The notes: generated from the sequence alone by a model not told the origin. DNA of 64,000 nt from Candidatus Nanohalarchaeota archaeon (GCA_017610385.1 JAFCCC010000003.1:1-64000); one strand, 5' to 3'; shown: positions 49,946-60,595, numbered from the stretch's first letter. Made by a program: numbers and translations.

Positions 49946-50677
49946 ATGCCTTCTGAGGAACAAGTAAAAGATTATATTTTACAACAACTTGCTACAGGAA
50001 AGAATATTTTAAAGATCAGGCAAAATCTCATTAATGCAAACTGGTCACCTGCGGCTGTAGATAAACTTTTAGATGAAGTTCTTACTGTAAAAAAATCTCA
50101 GACAAAGTCTAAACCAAATACTGATAATTTTATTCATTTTTGGTTGCATTCAATTAGTGGAATTATCTTGCATCCAAATGAATTTTTCCAGAATCTTCCA
50201 GAATTAAAATTTGGCAAAATTATTTTAATTTCTCTTTTAAATTTTCTTGTACCGATTTTAGTTAATGTGGCAATAACTTCTCTTTATGTGTTGCTTTTAC
50301 CATTTTTAGCTTTCTTTGTTGGTTTTGGCATTGGTATAAGTTTGTTATATGTTTTAGTTGTTGGAATTCCAACTGCAATTCTTAGCCTTTTTGTTGGAGC
50401 AGCATACTTACATTTATTTGTCAAATTATTCAAAGGAAAAGGTACGTATAAAAAGAGCTTAGAAATTGTGGCGTTTTCATCTGCTGCGTCCCTATTGGGA
50501 TTAATTCCAATTTTAGGGGTTATCGCAGCCATTATTTTTACAATTCGCGCGCAAATAAAAGGTATTGCAACTTTACATCAAATGACTTCAAAGAAAGCGG
50601 CAATAGTTTTACTTACTTCCTGGATTTTACCAACTATTCTTATAGGGATTTATTTACTTTTTGTATTTTTAGCCTAA
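49946..50677 (+). CDS. Yip1-domain membrane protein
   Basis: P.EFF..L, HLFVKLFKGKGTY, multiple TM segments. Confidence 0.75.
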   Translation: MPSEEQVKDYILQQLATGKNILKIRQNLINANWSPAAVDKLLDEVLTVKKSQTKSKPNTDNFIHFWLHSISGIILHPNEFFQNLPELKFGKIILISLLNFLVPILVNVAITSLYVLLLPFLAFFVGFGIGISLLYVLVVGIPTAILSLFVGAAYLHLFVKLFKGKGTYKKSLEIVAFSSAASLLGLIPILGVIAAIIFTIRAQIKGIATLHQMTSKKAAIVLLTSWILPTILIGIYLLFVFLA

Positions 50678-50726
50678 AATTTTGTCGAGTTTTTTTGTTT
50701 AAATTTTTTTAAGTACACACTCTTAT

Positions 50727-51218
50727 TTACAATTCTTTCTCAAAAACTAAAGTTTTGTGTCCTTTTCCGTTGCGCACATCATCTAAAAACTCAGTTTTAA
50801 TCCTCGTGTCAAATTTTTTACTGAGATGTTTAACGATTTCATTAGCATCTTCACATACATAATTAACTTTCTTGTAACCTTCTGATCGAAGTTTTTGCAA
50901 TGCAATTCTAAACAATTTTGTTCCAATACCTCTATTTCTTTGTTGTTTTTGAACTGCTTCATTGGTTATGACCCCTGTGTCTGAATTTTCATCATCTTTT
51001 TTCCACGCCACGAACCCAATAATTTTTTTATTTTCAATAACTAGAACTGCACGTTCTTTTCTATTAAGAAGATCTTCAATCTCAGTTTCTTGTTTTTCAT
51101 CTGAAAAAGGTGGCGAATAGTTTTCTCTAACTTCTATTAAAAATGTATTCAGTTCTTTCGCGTTTTCAGGAAAAAAGCTTTGAAATTCTATTGTCATATT
51201 CTTACTTTGTGCCACCAA
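50727..51218 (-). CDS. GNAT acetyltransferase
   Basis: V....RNRGIGTKL acetyl-CoA motif A. Confidence 0.82.
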   Translation of the reverse strand: MVAQSKNMTIEFQSFFPENAKELNTFLIEVRENYSPPFSDEKQETEIEDLLNRKERAVLVIENKKIIGFVAWKKDDENSDTGVITNEAVQKQQRNRGIGTKLFRIALQKLRSEGYKKVNYVCEDANEIVKHLSKKFDTRIKTEFLDDVRNGKGHKTLVFEKEL

Positions 51219-51239
51219 GATAAAAAGAACTATTATTTT

Positions 51240-51669
51240 TTATAATAACTCTTGATAGCTTCCTTAATCGCATCTGGTCCACAGTTTACCCAAATTTTTT
51301 TAATAGCTTCATCAAAATCCATCCATTTATATCCTATATGCTCCTTTTCTCATAGTTTAACAGCTCCAGAAATGTAGTCACATGCATAAGCGACAGCGCG
51401 AATTTTTAAAAAACCATCTTTGACGGGTTTTCATCCCAATAAACTTTAAGAACTTTTCCAAGAATTTTTACTTTTATTCCTACTTCCTCATCAACTTCTT
51501 TAAGTACCGCTTGCTCTTCTGTCTCTTCGAAATGCATGGCACCTTTAATAAACTCCCAACCTGTTTCCTAATCTTCTCCCCGTCGATCAAACATGAGAAT
51601 TTTATTTTCTTTAAAAACAATAGCAGTTATAGCGTGTTGCATTCCGTCAATTATTTTGTTATTTTCCAT
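51240..51669 (-). pseudogene. Disrupted NUDIX hydrolase
   Basis: MENNKIIDGMQHAITAIVFKENKILMFDRRGED*ETGWEFIKGAMHFEETEEQAVLKEVDEEVG, then a frameshift and a further stop (KL*EKEHIGYKW). Confidence 0.8.
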
Positions 51670-51850
51670 GATTAAATTTTGATTTCAAGAAATAAAAAAG
51701 AAAGAAAAGAGAAGCTCCCAATAATTTAGCTAATTAAAGCCAAATCATTGAGGAAAGTGAACTCGAAGGTATTGGGGGAAGGGTTAGATTGTGAGTTCAC
51801 TAACGAAGCACCGATAACGGTTACGCTTCAGCACCTCCTTCAGCATGAAT

Positions 51851-52909
51851 TCAGCGAATGACTTTTAAGCCTAAATCGCTGATATTTGTGATTTTAGTAG
51901 GACTGTCCTCTAATTTTCCAAGTATGTACGGAGAATTAACTCCTGTGATAATTGATATTACTTGGATTCGTCCTTCTAATTCTGGATCAACTCTAGCGCC
52001 CCAGATAACTTGAGCTTGTGCATCTAGTTTTTCAATGACTGCTTGACCTACGTCATTGATTTCTCTTAAGGTCATGTCATTTCCTCCGGAAATATGTAGT
52101 AAAGCGCCATTTGCTCCTTCGATGTCCACATCTAATAACGGATTTGTCAACGCTTCAACAATCGCTTCTTTACCTCTGTTTCTCGTATTAGATTCACCAT
52201 ATCCTACAACTGCTACTCCACCAGAGTGCATAACTGCTTTTACATCAGCATAGTCTAAATTGACTAAGGATGGTTTGGAAATAGTTTCTGTAATTCCTTT
52301 AATCATGGTTGTAACTAATTCATCCGCAACGCCAAAGGCTTGTTCTAATGGTAAATCTCCTGCAATACCTAACAAACGGTCATTTTCAATTACAATTACT
52401 GTGTCAGCGTATTTTCTTAATTTATAAAGACCTTCTTCTGCTTTTGATATTCTGGCGCCTTCAATTTTAAATGGCATCGTAACGCTAGCAATAACAATAC
52501 AATTTTCTTCCTTAGCAATTCGTGCGACTACTGGAATCGAACCTGTACCGGTTCCACCACCCAAACCACATACTACAAAGACCATGTCAGCTTGTTTAAA
52601 AAGTTCCTTTAATTCTGAACGACTTTCTTCCGCGGCTTTAGCACCAATTTCAGGATGCCCTCCAGCACCCAAACCTTTAGTTAGGTCCTGTCCAATTAAT
52701 ATCCTTTTATCTGCACTTGAAATTAATAAATGTTGTTTATCTGTGTTTATTGCGACGGTTTCTGCGCCAGCAATTCCTTTTCGATACATTCTCGTAACGA
52801 TGTTGTTACCGCCGCCTCCGCAGCCCACGACGAGAATTCTCGCATCTTTAACATCAGCAAAATCTTGCTCATGATTATTTTCTATGACATTTCGAATGAA
52901 TGATTCCAT
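51851..52909 (-). CDS. ftsZ: Cell division protein FtsZ
   Basis: GGGGNN, GAGGHP, GGGTGTG, NLDYADV. Confidence 0.97.
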   Translation of the reverse strand: MESFIRNVIENNHEQDFADVKDARILVVGCGGGGNNIVTRMYRKGIAGAETVAINTDKQHLLISSADKRILIGQDLTKGLGAGGHPEIGAKAAEESRSELKELFKQADMVFVVCGLGGGTGTGSIPVVARIAKEENCIVIASVTMPFKIEGARISKAEEGLYKLRKYADTVIVIENDRLLGIAGDLPLEQAFGVADELVTTMIKGITETISKPSLVNLDYADVKAVMHSGGVAVVGYGESNTRNRGKEAIVEALTNPLLDVDIEGANGALLHISGGNDMTLREINDVGQAVIEKLDAQAQVIWGARVDPELEGRIQVISIITGVNSPYILGKLEDSPTKITNISDLGLKVIR

Positions 52910-53368
52910 ATTATCTCCTCTGATTTATATTTTGTAGGAACATAATGCTTTTTTAATACTGAAAGCAAATACATCTATAGAACTAGATTTAAGCGCCAAC
53001 TTAAACTGGTTTCATTCGATATTACTTCGAATACTTGAGAATTCAAATACATACAATATGGATTTACTCGATAACAACTTACTCTTAGTTCGCCAAAACT
53101 AAGTTTTGTTTATAAAGTTGTTTTGTAGCGTATGTCGCCAAACATAAGTGACTACAAATGAGTTAATTTACAATCCATAATTAGTTATTTCTGAATATAT
53201 AAAGATTTTCATAACCTCTTTTTCTTATGGAGAAATTCTGCTCCAGTGGAAATGTGGGTTCTGTTCAAAAGAAATAAAGGTTATTCCATAGGAAATAATG
53301 TAGATCAAATTCTAAATATTAGTGACAATAAATTAACTTTTTTAATTGTGCGGGTTTAATTAGTTATT

Positions 53369-54649
53369 ATGAAAATTGCAGATATTGAAAAAATGAAAGA
53401 AGGCCAAAAAGTTGAGCTTAAGGGCTGGATATACAGACAAAGAGCTTCTAAAAATGTTGCCTTTATTGTTCTAAGAGATTCAACAGGAATAATTCAGATA
53501 GTTTATGGAAAAGAAGTTGGAAATAAGATTTTTGAAAAAGCATCCACAATTTTAATTGAAAGTTCTATTAAGATTAAAGGCATAATTAAAAAAGATGCAC
53601 GTGCTCCTAGCGGATTTGAAATCGAGGGAACTGATTTTGAAATTATTAATAAAGCTGAACGATTTCCAATTACAAAAGATCAAAGTACTGAATTTTTATT
53701 AAATATGAGGCATCTATGGATTAGATCCCAAAAATTAACTAATGTTTTTAAAATTAAAGATACTCTATTCTATGCTGCTCGAGACTACTTACGAAAAGAT
53801 GGCTGGTATGAAACACAGAGTCCTATGATTACTGCTTGTGCAGGGGAGGGTGGTTCTACATTATTTAAAATGGATTACTTTGGACACAAGGCATATTTAG
53901 CTCAAACAGGTCAATTATATTCTGAAGCACTCATTTTTGCTCTAGAAAAAGTTTACTGTTTTGCTCCCTCTTTCAGAGCTGAAAAATCTAAGACAAGAAA
54001 GCATTTAACTGAATATTGGCATTTAGAGCCAGAAGGTGCTTGGATAACTCATGAACAAAACATGAAAATTCAAGAGGGATTAATTTCTTATATTTGTCAA
54101 ACGGTTGCAAAAAAGTATCCGAAAGAACTTTTGGCATTGGGCCGGGATCCAAAAGACCTTTTATTAGTTAAACCGCCTTTTAAAAGAATTACGTATGAAG
54201 AAGCGATTAAACAATTGCAAAAACGTGGTAGCAAAATAAAATATGGTGAAGATTTTGGAGTCGCAGAAGAAAAATTATTAATGAAAGGAGAAAAAGCGCC
54301 CATGTTTGTTGAGCGATGGCCTGCTGAAATGAAGGCGTTTTATATGAAAAGAGACCCAAAAGACAAGAAAATTGTTCTTTGTGATGATTTATTTGCTCCA
54401 GAAGGATACGGAGAAATTATTGGAGCTAGCGAAAGAGAAACTGATAATTCTATTCTAATTAAAATGCTAAAGAAAGAAGGTGCAAATTTAGATGATTATA
54501 AATGGTATTTGGAACTAAGAAAATTTGGATCAGTTCCGCATTCTGGATTCGGCGTTGGAATGGAAAGAGTTCTTAGTTGGATCTGCAAATTAGATCATAT
54601 TAGAGACGCGATTCCCTTTCCACGATTAACAAACAGATTTTATCCTTAG
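53369..54649 (+). CDS. asnS: Asparagine--tRNA ligase
   Basis: OB fold, FRAEKSKTRKHLTEYW, APEGYGEIIGAS.RE, VPHSGFG.G.ER. Confidence 0.92.
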   Translation: MKIADIEKMKEGQKVELKGWIYRQRASKNVAFIVLRDSTGIIQIVYGKEVGNKIFEKASTILIESSIKIKGIIKKDARAPSGFEIEGTDFEIINKAERFPITKDQSTEFLLNMRHLWIRSQKLTNVFKIKDTLFYAARDYLRKDGWYETQSPMITACAGEGGSTLFKMDYFGHKAYLAQTGQLYSEALIFALEKVYCFAPSFRAEKSKTRKHLTEYWHLEPEGAWITHEQNMKIQEGLISYICQTVAKKYPKELLALGRDPKDLLLVKPPFKRITYEEAIKQLQKRGSKIKYGEDFGVAEEKLLMKGEKAPMFVERWPAEMKAFYMKRDPKDKKIVLCDDLFAPEGYGEIIGASERETDNSILIKMLKKEGANLDDYKWYLELRKFGSVPHSGFGVGMERVLSWICKLDHIRDAIPFPRLTNRFYP

Positions 54650-54683
54650 AACTATTTATATATTGTAAAGAGAAATTTATAGC

Positions 54684-55229
54684 ATGTACAATCCAAAAGA
54701 GAAAATTCTGTCATTGGCTATTGCATTTATTTTAGTTTTCTTTTTTATTTACGGAATAGATGTTTTTTATAGTGCACCAAGCCGAGAAGATTATTGTACT
54801 GATAAAATTTATGAACGAATCATAATAAATCAAACAGATTGTGTTCTAATGGGTGGTAAATGGAATACTTATGGCGGGCTTGCCAAACCCCTCCCAATTG
54901 AAAACGAAACAAATGGTTGGTGTATTCCTAGTTATAAGTGTGATCAAAATTATAACTTGGCTAGAACGGCTTATTACAGAGTTTTTTTTATTGTAATGAT
55001 TTTTCTTGGAACTCTTTGTCTTGTAGTGGGTGCAATAATGAAAATAGAAAGTATTGGTGTTGGTATAATGATAAGTGGTTTAATCACAACTATTTATGGT
55101 TTTATACGCTCTTGGAAGTTTTTATCTGATTCTGGTAAAGTTATAGCTCTTATACCCCTTATGCTGCTATCCTTAGTGGCCTTATTCTGGATCGGAACAA
55201 AAAAACTAAACCCAAAGAAGAAAAAGTAG
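54684..55229 (+). CDS. Membrane protein with Cys-containing extracellular loop
   Basis: N-terminal TM, C...GG.W...C loop, three C-terminal TM segments. Confidence 0.7.
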   Translation: MYNPKEKILSLAIAFILVFFFIYGIDVFYSAPSREDYCTDKIYERIIINQTDCVLMGGKWNTYGGLAKPLPIENETNGWCIPSYKCDQNYNLARTAYYRVFFIVMIFLGTLCLVVGAIMKIESIGVGIMISGLITTIYGFIRSWKFLSDSGKVIALIPLMLLSLVALFWIGTKKLNPKKKK

Positions 55230-55262
55230 CACAAGAATCTATTCGTTTGCTAAAACGAACAG

Positions 55263-56549
55263 TTACTTTTTAGAAAAATAGTCAGCTAATTTCTTTGTTT
55301 CAATAGTCTTTTCTTTTCCAGTCCCCAAATCTTTTACTTTTACTTTTTTGTCTTGAATTTCTTTTTCACCTAAAACAATTAAGTACTTAAAATCTTTAGA
55401 AACAGCGTATTTAATTTGCTTGCTTAAACTTCTTTTAATCAAAGCCATTGCTGATTTTATATTTGAATTTCTTAATTTTTGAACAAGTGCAATTCCACTT
55501 TCTTCTAATTCATTATTTTGAAGGGCTATGAAAACACCTTCATTTTTCAATTTAATTTTTTCCTTTAATATTTCACACAATCTATCAACGCCAAAAGAAA
55601 AACCTACTGCATGAGTTTTCAATGAACCATATGTTTCTATTAAATTATCATATCTTCCTCCTCCTGCACAAGAAAGTTCTAATCCCTCTCCTAAAATTTT
55701 TAGTTCCATGATAAATCCTGTATAGTAATTCATTCCCCGAATTAAACTCAAATCTATTTTAATTTTATCTTGTATGCCATAGGCTTTTGATAACTTTATA
55801 ATTCTTTCAACTTCCCAGATTCCTTCGATTCCAATTTCATTCTTAATTCTTTCTTTTAAAGCTGAAATAATAGTTTCATTTTGCCCTATGATTTTAATAA
55901 ACTCTAAAATCTGTTTGATTTTTTTTAGAGGGATTTTTTTGCTTATTAATTCTTTTTCAACGCCAGATTTACCTATTTTTTCTAATTTGTCTAATGAACG
56001 GAAGATATCTTCTTTTCTATCTTCTAATTCTAATTCAGTAATAATCCCATCAGCGATTTTTCTAGAATTAATTTTAATTACGTATTTATTCACTCCTAAT
56101 TCTTTCATACAATCACATAAAACACCTATTAATTCTGTATCTGCGCTCTGATCAGAAACTCCTAATATATCAACATCTGCTTGTGTAAATTCTCTATAAC
56201 GGCCTTTTCCAGGTCTATCGTATCGCCATACTTGTCCTATTTGAAATCTTTTATATGGTTTTGGAAGCGTGGGATTGCAAGCAAACATTCTTGCTAAAGG
56301 GACAGTAAAATCAAATCGCAAGCCTAGTTCTCTTTTACTTTTATCTTGAAAATAGTAAATTTCGTCTTTAATCGCGGTTCCTCCGCCACCTTTCATAGCT
56401 AAAACATCGAAATTTTCAAAAGCAGGAGTTCTAGCTTCCTCGAAACCATATTTTTCAAAACTTTTCCTAATTTTGCTTAAAACCAAAGTCATCAGTTTCA
56501 TATCTTTTCCTAATAAATCTCTTGTTCCTCGCGGTGTTTGTACTTTCAT
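55263..56549 (-). CDS. hisS: Histidine--tRNA ligase
   Basis: PRGTRD, LRFDFT, GRYREFTQ, RGMNYYTG, GGGRYD. Confidence 0.96.
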   Translation of the reverse strand: MKVQTPRGTRDLLGKDMKLMTLVLSKIRKSFEKYGFEEARTPAFENFDVLAMKGGGGTAIKDEIYYFQDKSKRELGLRFDFTVPLARMFACNPTLPKPYKRFQIGQVWRYDRPGKGRYREFTQADVDILGVSDQSADTELIGVLCDCMKELGVNKYVIKINSRKIADGIITELELEDRKEDIFRSLDKLEKIGKSGVEKELISKKIPLKKIKQILEFIKIIGQNETIISALKERIKNEIGIEGIWEVERIIKLSKAYGIQDKIKIDLSLIRGMNYYTGFIMELKILGEGLELSCAGGGRYDNLIETYGSLKTHAVGFSFGVDRLCEILKEKIKLKNEGVFIALQNNELEESGIALVQKLRNSNIKSAMALIKRSLSKQIKYAVSKDFKYLIVLGEKEIQDKKVKVKDLGTGKEKTIETKKLADYFSKK

Positions 56550-56761
56550 TTTCGCTCCTTCTTACTATTTGAAATATTATTCTTGTTAGTTAAATAAATG
56601 TTCTGTGGTTCAATTAAAACAAAAACTTCACTATTTTCTTTGAGTTTTAGTTTTTTGCGAATAGAACCTGGAATCAAAAGCCGTCCTTTGCGATCCATCT
56701 TAGAACTAAAGCTAACTGAGATGAACTGAATCATCTGTGTATCTTTTGATGATGAACGCAA
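56546..56761 (-). CDS. AbrB/MraZ-like DNA-binding protein
   Basis: KMDRKGRLLIP..IRKKL motif; start uncertain. Confidence 0.7.
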   Translation of the reverse strand: MRSSSKDTQMIQFISVSFSSKMDRKGRLLIPGSIRKKLKLKENSEVFVLIEPQNIYLTNKNNISNSKKERK

Positions 56762-56884
56762 CCACTTTTCATTTTGATCAACTTAGAAATAACAAACGAG
56801 ATATTTAAAGATAGGTGGGATTTAGCATTACAGAAGCTTTACAAAGTCCTTAGGTTTATAAGGGTTTAATTCAAACTAGTTTTT

Positions 56885-57298
56885 ATGGCTGTTGCTGAAT
56901 TCAAAACAGAACAAGAATTCCGAAGACATTTATCTGCAACAGAGTATGGAAAAAGAATTCTAGATATTTTTGATAAGTATGCAGAAGGACACGAAACAAA
57001 ATACAATACAGACAACTTGGGCGATTTAGTTGTTCTAGAGGGAGATGATTCTTCATTATCCCTTTCTCTGATGGATGAAGGAAAAAGAGCACAAATTTTA
57101 TTTGATCTTTATGGTTGTTTAGCAGAACCACATTTTAAATTGTGGGTTAACTTAGAAACTGGGCATGCACGTTACGGTGTAGGCAGAGAAGTTGACCCCG
57201 AACTAGACTATGTAACCGGTTTTTTAGACCGTGTTACTCGACTTGGCGGATTAAAAGCTGAGCTTTTAGGATTTGCTTCTGATGAAGACGTATTTTAG
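56885..57298 (+). CDS. Hypothetical protein (paralog A)
   Basis: Similar to 57435-57839 (KTEQ.FR..L.AT.YG..I.D.FDKYAEG.ET; ELLGFASDED). Confidence 0.8.
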   Translation: MAVAEFKTEQEFRRHLSATEYGKRILDIFDKYAEGHETKYNTDNLGDLVVLEGDDSSLSLSLMDEGKRAQILFDLYGCLAEPHFKLWVNLETGHARYGVGREVDPELDYVTGFLDRVTRLGGLKAELLGFASDEDVF

Positions 57299-57434
57299 TC
57301 TATTCATAATGCAATACAGCTTCCTGATTTGTTAGTTTTTATAACAACACACTCTGTAAGCTTTTTTACTTTCTTGCATTACAGAAGCTTTACAAAGTCT
57401 TTAGGTTTATAACGTTTTAATCTAATTTATTTTT

Positions 57435-57839
57435 ATGGCTGACGAGCTAATACAACCTAAAACAGAACAAGACTTTCGAGAACAATTGGCTGCAACACCG
57501 TATGGAGAAAAAATTATAGATTTTTTTGATAAGTATGCAGAAGGTTATGAAACACGATGGTCTGACGATGAGATTCTATTTGCTCTAGAAAACAATAGAG
57601 AGTCATTATCAATGTACTTAATGGGTGATGAGAAACAAGTTCTGCTTTCGTTTTATCTTTTTACGCCTTTAGCCGGTCCGGAGTTAACTATTCAGCTTGA
57701 TTTAAATACTGGACATACTCTCTATGGTGTAGACGGAAAATTTCCTTCAGATCCAACGCGTTTTTTAGATCACGTTGAAAAAATAGCGGAATTAAAAGAT
57801 GAGCTTTTAGGATTTGCTTCTGATGAAGACATACTTTAA
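57435..57839 (+). CDS. Hypothetical protein (paralog B)
   Basis: Tandem duplicate of 56885-57298, including the upstream region. Confidence 0.8.
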   Translation: MADELIQPKTEQDFREQLAATPYGEKIIDFFDKYAEGYETRWSDDEILFALENNRESLSMYLMGDEKQVLLSFYLFTPLAGPELTIQLDLNTGHTLYGVDGKFPSDPTRFLDHVEKIAELKDELLGFASDEDIL

Positions 57840-57840
57840 C

Positions 57841-58344
57841 TTACTCAAAATGTAAAACAGCCTCTTGATTTGTTAGTTTTTTTACAACGGTTCTGAAAGA
57901 AACCTCATTAAACGGAATCCGGCCTTTATCTTTTTGAGAAATCATAATCTTTTTCTTTTCACCGTCTTTAGAAAATAATGTATTGACGCCCAGAAGTTTT
58001 ACTGGGAAAACGAGGCTTTTTACGATCTCTTCAAACTTAGGAGATTTTTCTATAATTCTAATTGATTTTCCTGTTTTTTTAGCTAAAAGTTTGACGATTT
58101 TTCCGTTTTTACCAACTACCTTTGCCCCATCACCCTCTTCTGTTAGGATTACAATAGAATCTGAAGTTGGGATGATTTCGTGAATAGTCGCGCTTTTAAG
58201 TGAAGGAATTTCTTCACCGAGCCTAAATAATGTTCTTGAAACGTCAATTATGCTTTCTGTGAGTTCTCCTTTTAACAATTTTTGACTGCAACCACTACAC
58301 AAAAAATCAGATTTTAAACAAACAGAACAAAGCGGTGTTTTCAT
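57841..58344 (-). CDS. NusA-like KH-domain protein with N-terminal zinc finger
   Basis: PLCSVCLKSDFLCSGC and VVGKNG KH motif. Confidence 0.8.
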   Translation of the reverse strand: MKTPLCSVCLKSDFLCSGCSQKLLKGELTESIIDVSRTLFRLGEEIPSLKSATIHEIIPTSDSIVILTEEGDGAKVVGKNGKIVKLLAKKTGKSIRIIEKSPKFEEIVKSLVFPVKLLGVNTLFSKDGEKKKIMISQKDKGRIPFNEVSFRTVVKKLTNQEAVLHFE

Positions 58345-58406
58345 AATTCTAATTTCGAAACTAAAACATAAATAAATGTTCAATTATGTTTATATTGGAG
58401 GAAAAG

Positions 58407-59588
58407 ATGAAAGTAGGAATCATCGGAAAACCCAGTGCAGGAAAATCAACATTATTCAAAGCAATAACTCAAAAAGATGTAGAAATTGCAAATTATCCAT
58501 TCACGACCATCCAACCAAATCTGGGCGTTGCATTTGTTACTCAGGAATGTCCCTGTAAAGAATTAAATGTAATTTGTTCTCCCCAAAATTCTAAGTGCTT
58601 AAACCACATCAGATTAATTCCCATCAATGTTTTAGATGTTGCGGGGTTAGTTCCAGGCGCTTCAGAAGGCAAGGGTTTAGGAAATCAATTTTTAGACACT
58701 CTCCGAGAGGCTTCTGTATTAATTCACGTTCTAGATCTAAGTGGAAAAACAGATGAAAAAGGAGAGCAAACAGAAAACCATGATCCTGCTATAGATAAAG
58801 AATTTGTTGAACAAGAAATTGACGCATGGTTTTTAAACATTTTTCAAAAGAACTGGAGTGAATATTCAAAAAAAATTCACATGCAACACTTAAAATTAGA
58901 TGAATTTCTTGCGGAAAAAATGTCTGGATTAGGAATAACAAAAGAGTTAGTTCAAAATGCACTAAGAAATTTAAAATTAGATTCAGATCCGCTAACATGG
59001 ACTAAAGAAGACTTTCCAAAATTTATTTTACACATGAGAAAAGAATCAAAACCTATGATTTATGCATGTAATAAAATGGATTTAGACGGAGCAAATGAAC
59101 GATTTGAAGACTTAAAGAAAAAATACCCAAATGATTTGTTTATCCCAACAAGCGCAGAATGTGAATTGGCATTAAAGAATGCTGCAGATCACGGGTTTAT
59201 TTCTTATATCCCCGGAGCAGACACTTTTGAAATTACTCACGAGTTGAATGAAAAGCAAAAACACGCATTAGGAATAATCAATGATAAAATTTTGAAAAAA
59301 TATGGGAGTACCGGAATACAAGAGGCATTAAACAGAGCGGTTTTTGATTTATTAGATTATATTGTAGTTTATCCTGTAGAAGATGAAACTCATTACAAAA
59401 GCAAAAAAGGCAATATCCTTCCAGACGCAATTTTATTAAAAAACAAATCAACCGCCTTAGATTTAGCTTTCAAAATTCATACAGAAATCGGAGAGAAGTT
59501 CGTGAAAGCCATTGATGTTAGAACACATAGAATTATTGCAAAAGATCATGTTCTAAAGAACAGAGATATAATTAAAATTGTTGTCTAA
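58407..59588 (+). CDS. ychF: YchF/OLA1-related GTPase/ATPase (archaeal)
   Basis: GKPSAGKST, YPFTTI.PN, DVAGLVPGA..GKGLGNQFL, C-terminal TGS domain. Confidence 0.9.
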   Translation: MKVGIIGKPSAGKSTLFKAITQKDVEIANYPFTTIQPNLGVAFVTQECPCKELNVICSPQNSKCLNHIRLIPINVLDVAGLVPGASEGKGLGNQFLDTLREASVLIHVLDLSGKTDEKGEQTENHDPAIDKEFVEQEIDAWFLNIFQKNWSEYSKKIHMQHLKLDEFLAEKMSGLGITKELVQNALRNLKLDSDPLTWTKEDFPKFILHMRKESKPMIYACNKMDLDGANERFEDLKKKYPNDLFIPTSAECELALKNAADHGFISYIPGADTFEITHELNEKQKHALGIINDKILKKYGSTGIQEALNRAVFDLLDYIVVYPVEDETHYKSKKGNILPDAILLKNKSTALDLAFKIHTEIGEKFVKAIDVRTHRIIAKDHVLKNRDIIKIVV

Positions 59589-60139
59589 ATATCAAAGTGC
59601 CTTGTGCTACTGAGAAATGCATTTATGTCAAATTCCTCAAGATTTTCATTTCCAAACACCCATTCGATAGGCCATTTAGCCATATTTACAATTGAAAATA
59701 ATAATGGTCTGCTCCTATGTTTTCGATATCTCTCACCAATACTTCTAGCAAGTTCAAATACTGTTGGATATTCTGGAGCAGTATATCCTGTGTCCGAGTA
59801 TTGGCTTTTACCTACTGAGCCCCACCCCTCTTCAGTTCTAAATATTGCATTAACGTGACCTGGACCCCAAAGTACAAGATTTATTAATAATGGTGGATAA
59901 CCTAATTTAGAAAGAAAATACGCACCAACCAATGCTCCATCCACACACAATGCGTTACCTTCTTTTAATGTTCTTTCAACACTATTTACATAATAATTCC
60001 TATCTATTTTACAATAGCGATATTCTAATGTATCTAATACTGATTGTATTTCTTCAGGCGTGCTTAGTTTTAAATCAGGTATCATACTCATCACAGAATA
60101 TGCTTTAAGATTCTCTTTGAAGCGTGAACTTACCTTCAA
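59585..60139 (-). CDS. Transglutaminase/papain-like fold hypothetical protein
   Basis: ALCVDGAL..A..L..LGYPP...HV.A.F....GWG..GKS; putative Cys-His dyad. Confidence 0.6.
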   Translation of the reverse strand: MKVSSRFKENLKAYSVMSMIPDLKLSTPEEIQSVLDTLEYRYCKIDRNYYVNSVERTLKEGNALCVDGALVGAYFLSKLGYPPLLINLVLWGPGHVNAIFRTEEGWGSVGKSQYSDTGYTAPEYPTVFELARSIGERYRKHRSRPLLFSIVNMAKWPIEWVFGNENLEEFDINAFLSSTRHFDI

Positions 60140-60168
60140 GAAAATCTGTTCAGGTTTTTGTAGCTTCT

Positions 60169-60465
60169 TTATTCTTCCAAGTGAGCTGCGATTATTCGTG
60201 CCACATCTTCTTTATTTTCTTCTAAATAGGCCTTTACAGCTTCTCCAACTTCTTTTTTAAAAACCGATTCCATTGCGGCATCCAAGAAATGTTCTCTTTT
60301 TTTATACTGTTCTCACGCACTGTCATTACATTCTCGCATACTCTGGTATGGAGATCCAGAACTTACTAGGCTATTTACGTACGTTTCTCTTAACCATATT
60401 GAGAGGTGTATAAGTTCTGTATAACTGCGCTCTTCAAGATTCTCTGGTAAAGTACCAACTGGCAT
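60169..60465 (-). pseudogene. Possible disrupted hypothetical gene
   Basis: Two consecutive open segments in different frames (MPVGTLPENLEER...YARM*; ...EHFLDAAMESVFKKEVGE...HLEE*). Confidence 0.3.
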
Positions 60466-60595
60466 ATAATTTTCTTTAGAACAACTTAATTTAAACCTAG
60501 GTAATGCGCACTACCAGTCCATTATTTATTTAACTCTTGCAAGGTCAGGTTTATTTAATGTGTTTAGAAAGCAAATTATCTTAAATATCTAATGT

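Noticed and set aside
51240-51669. Stop-codon reassignment
   Set aside because: The same ORF also has frameshifts, and conserved genes in the window end normally at TAA, TAG and TGA.
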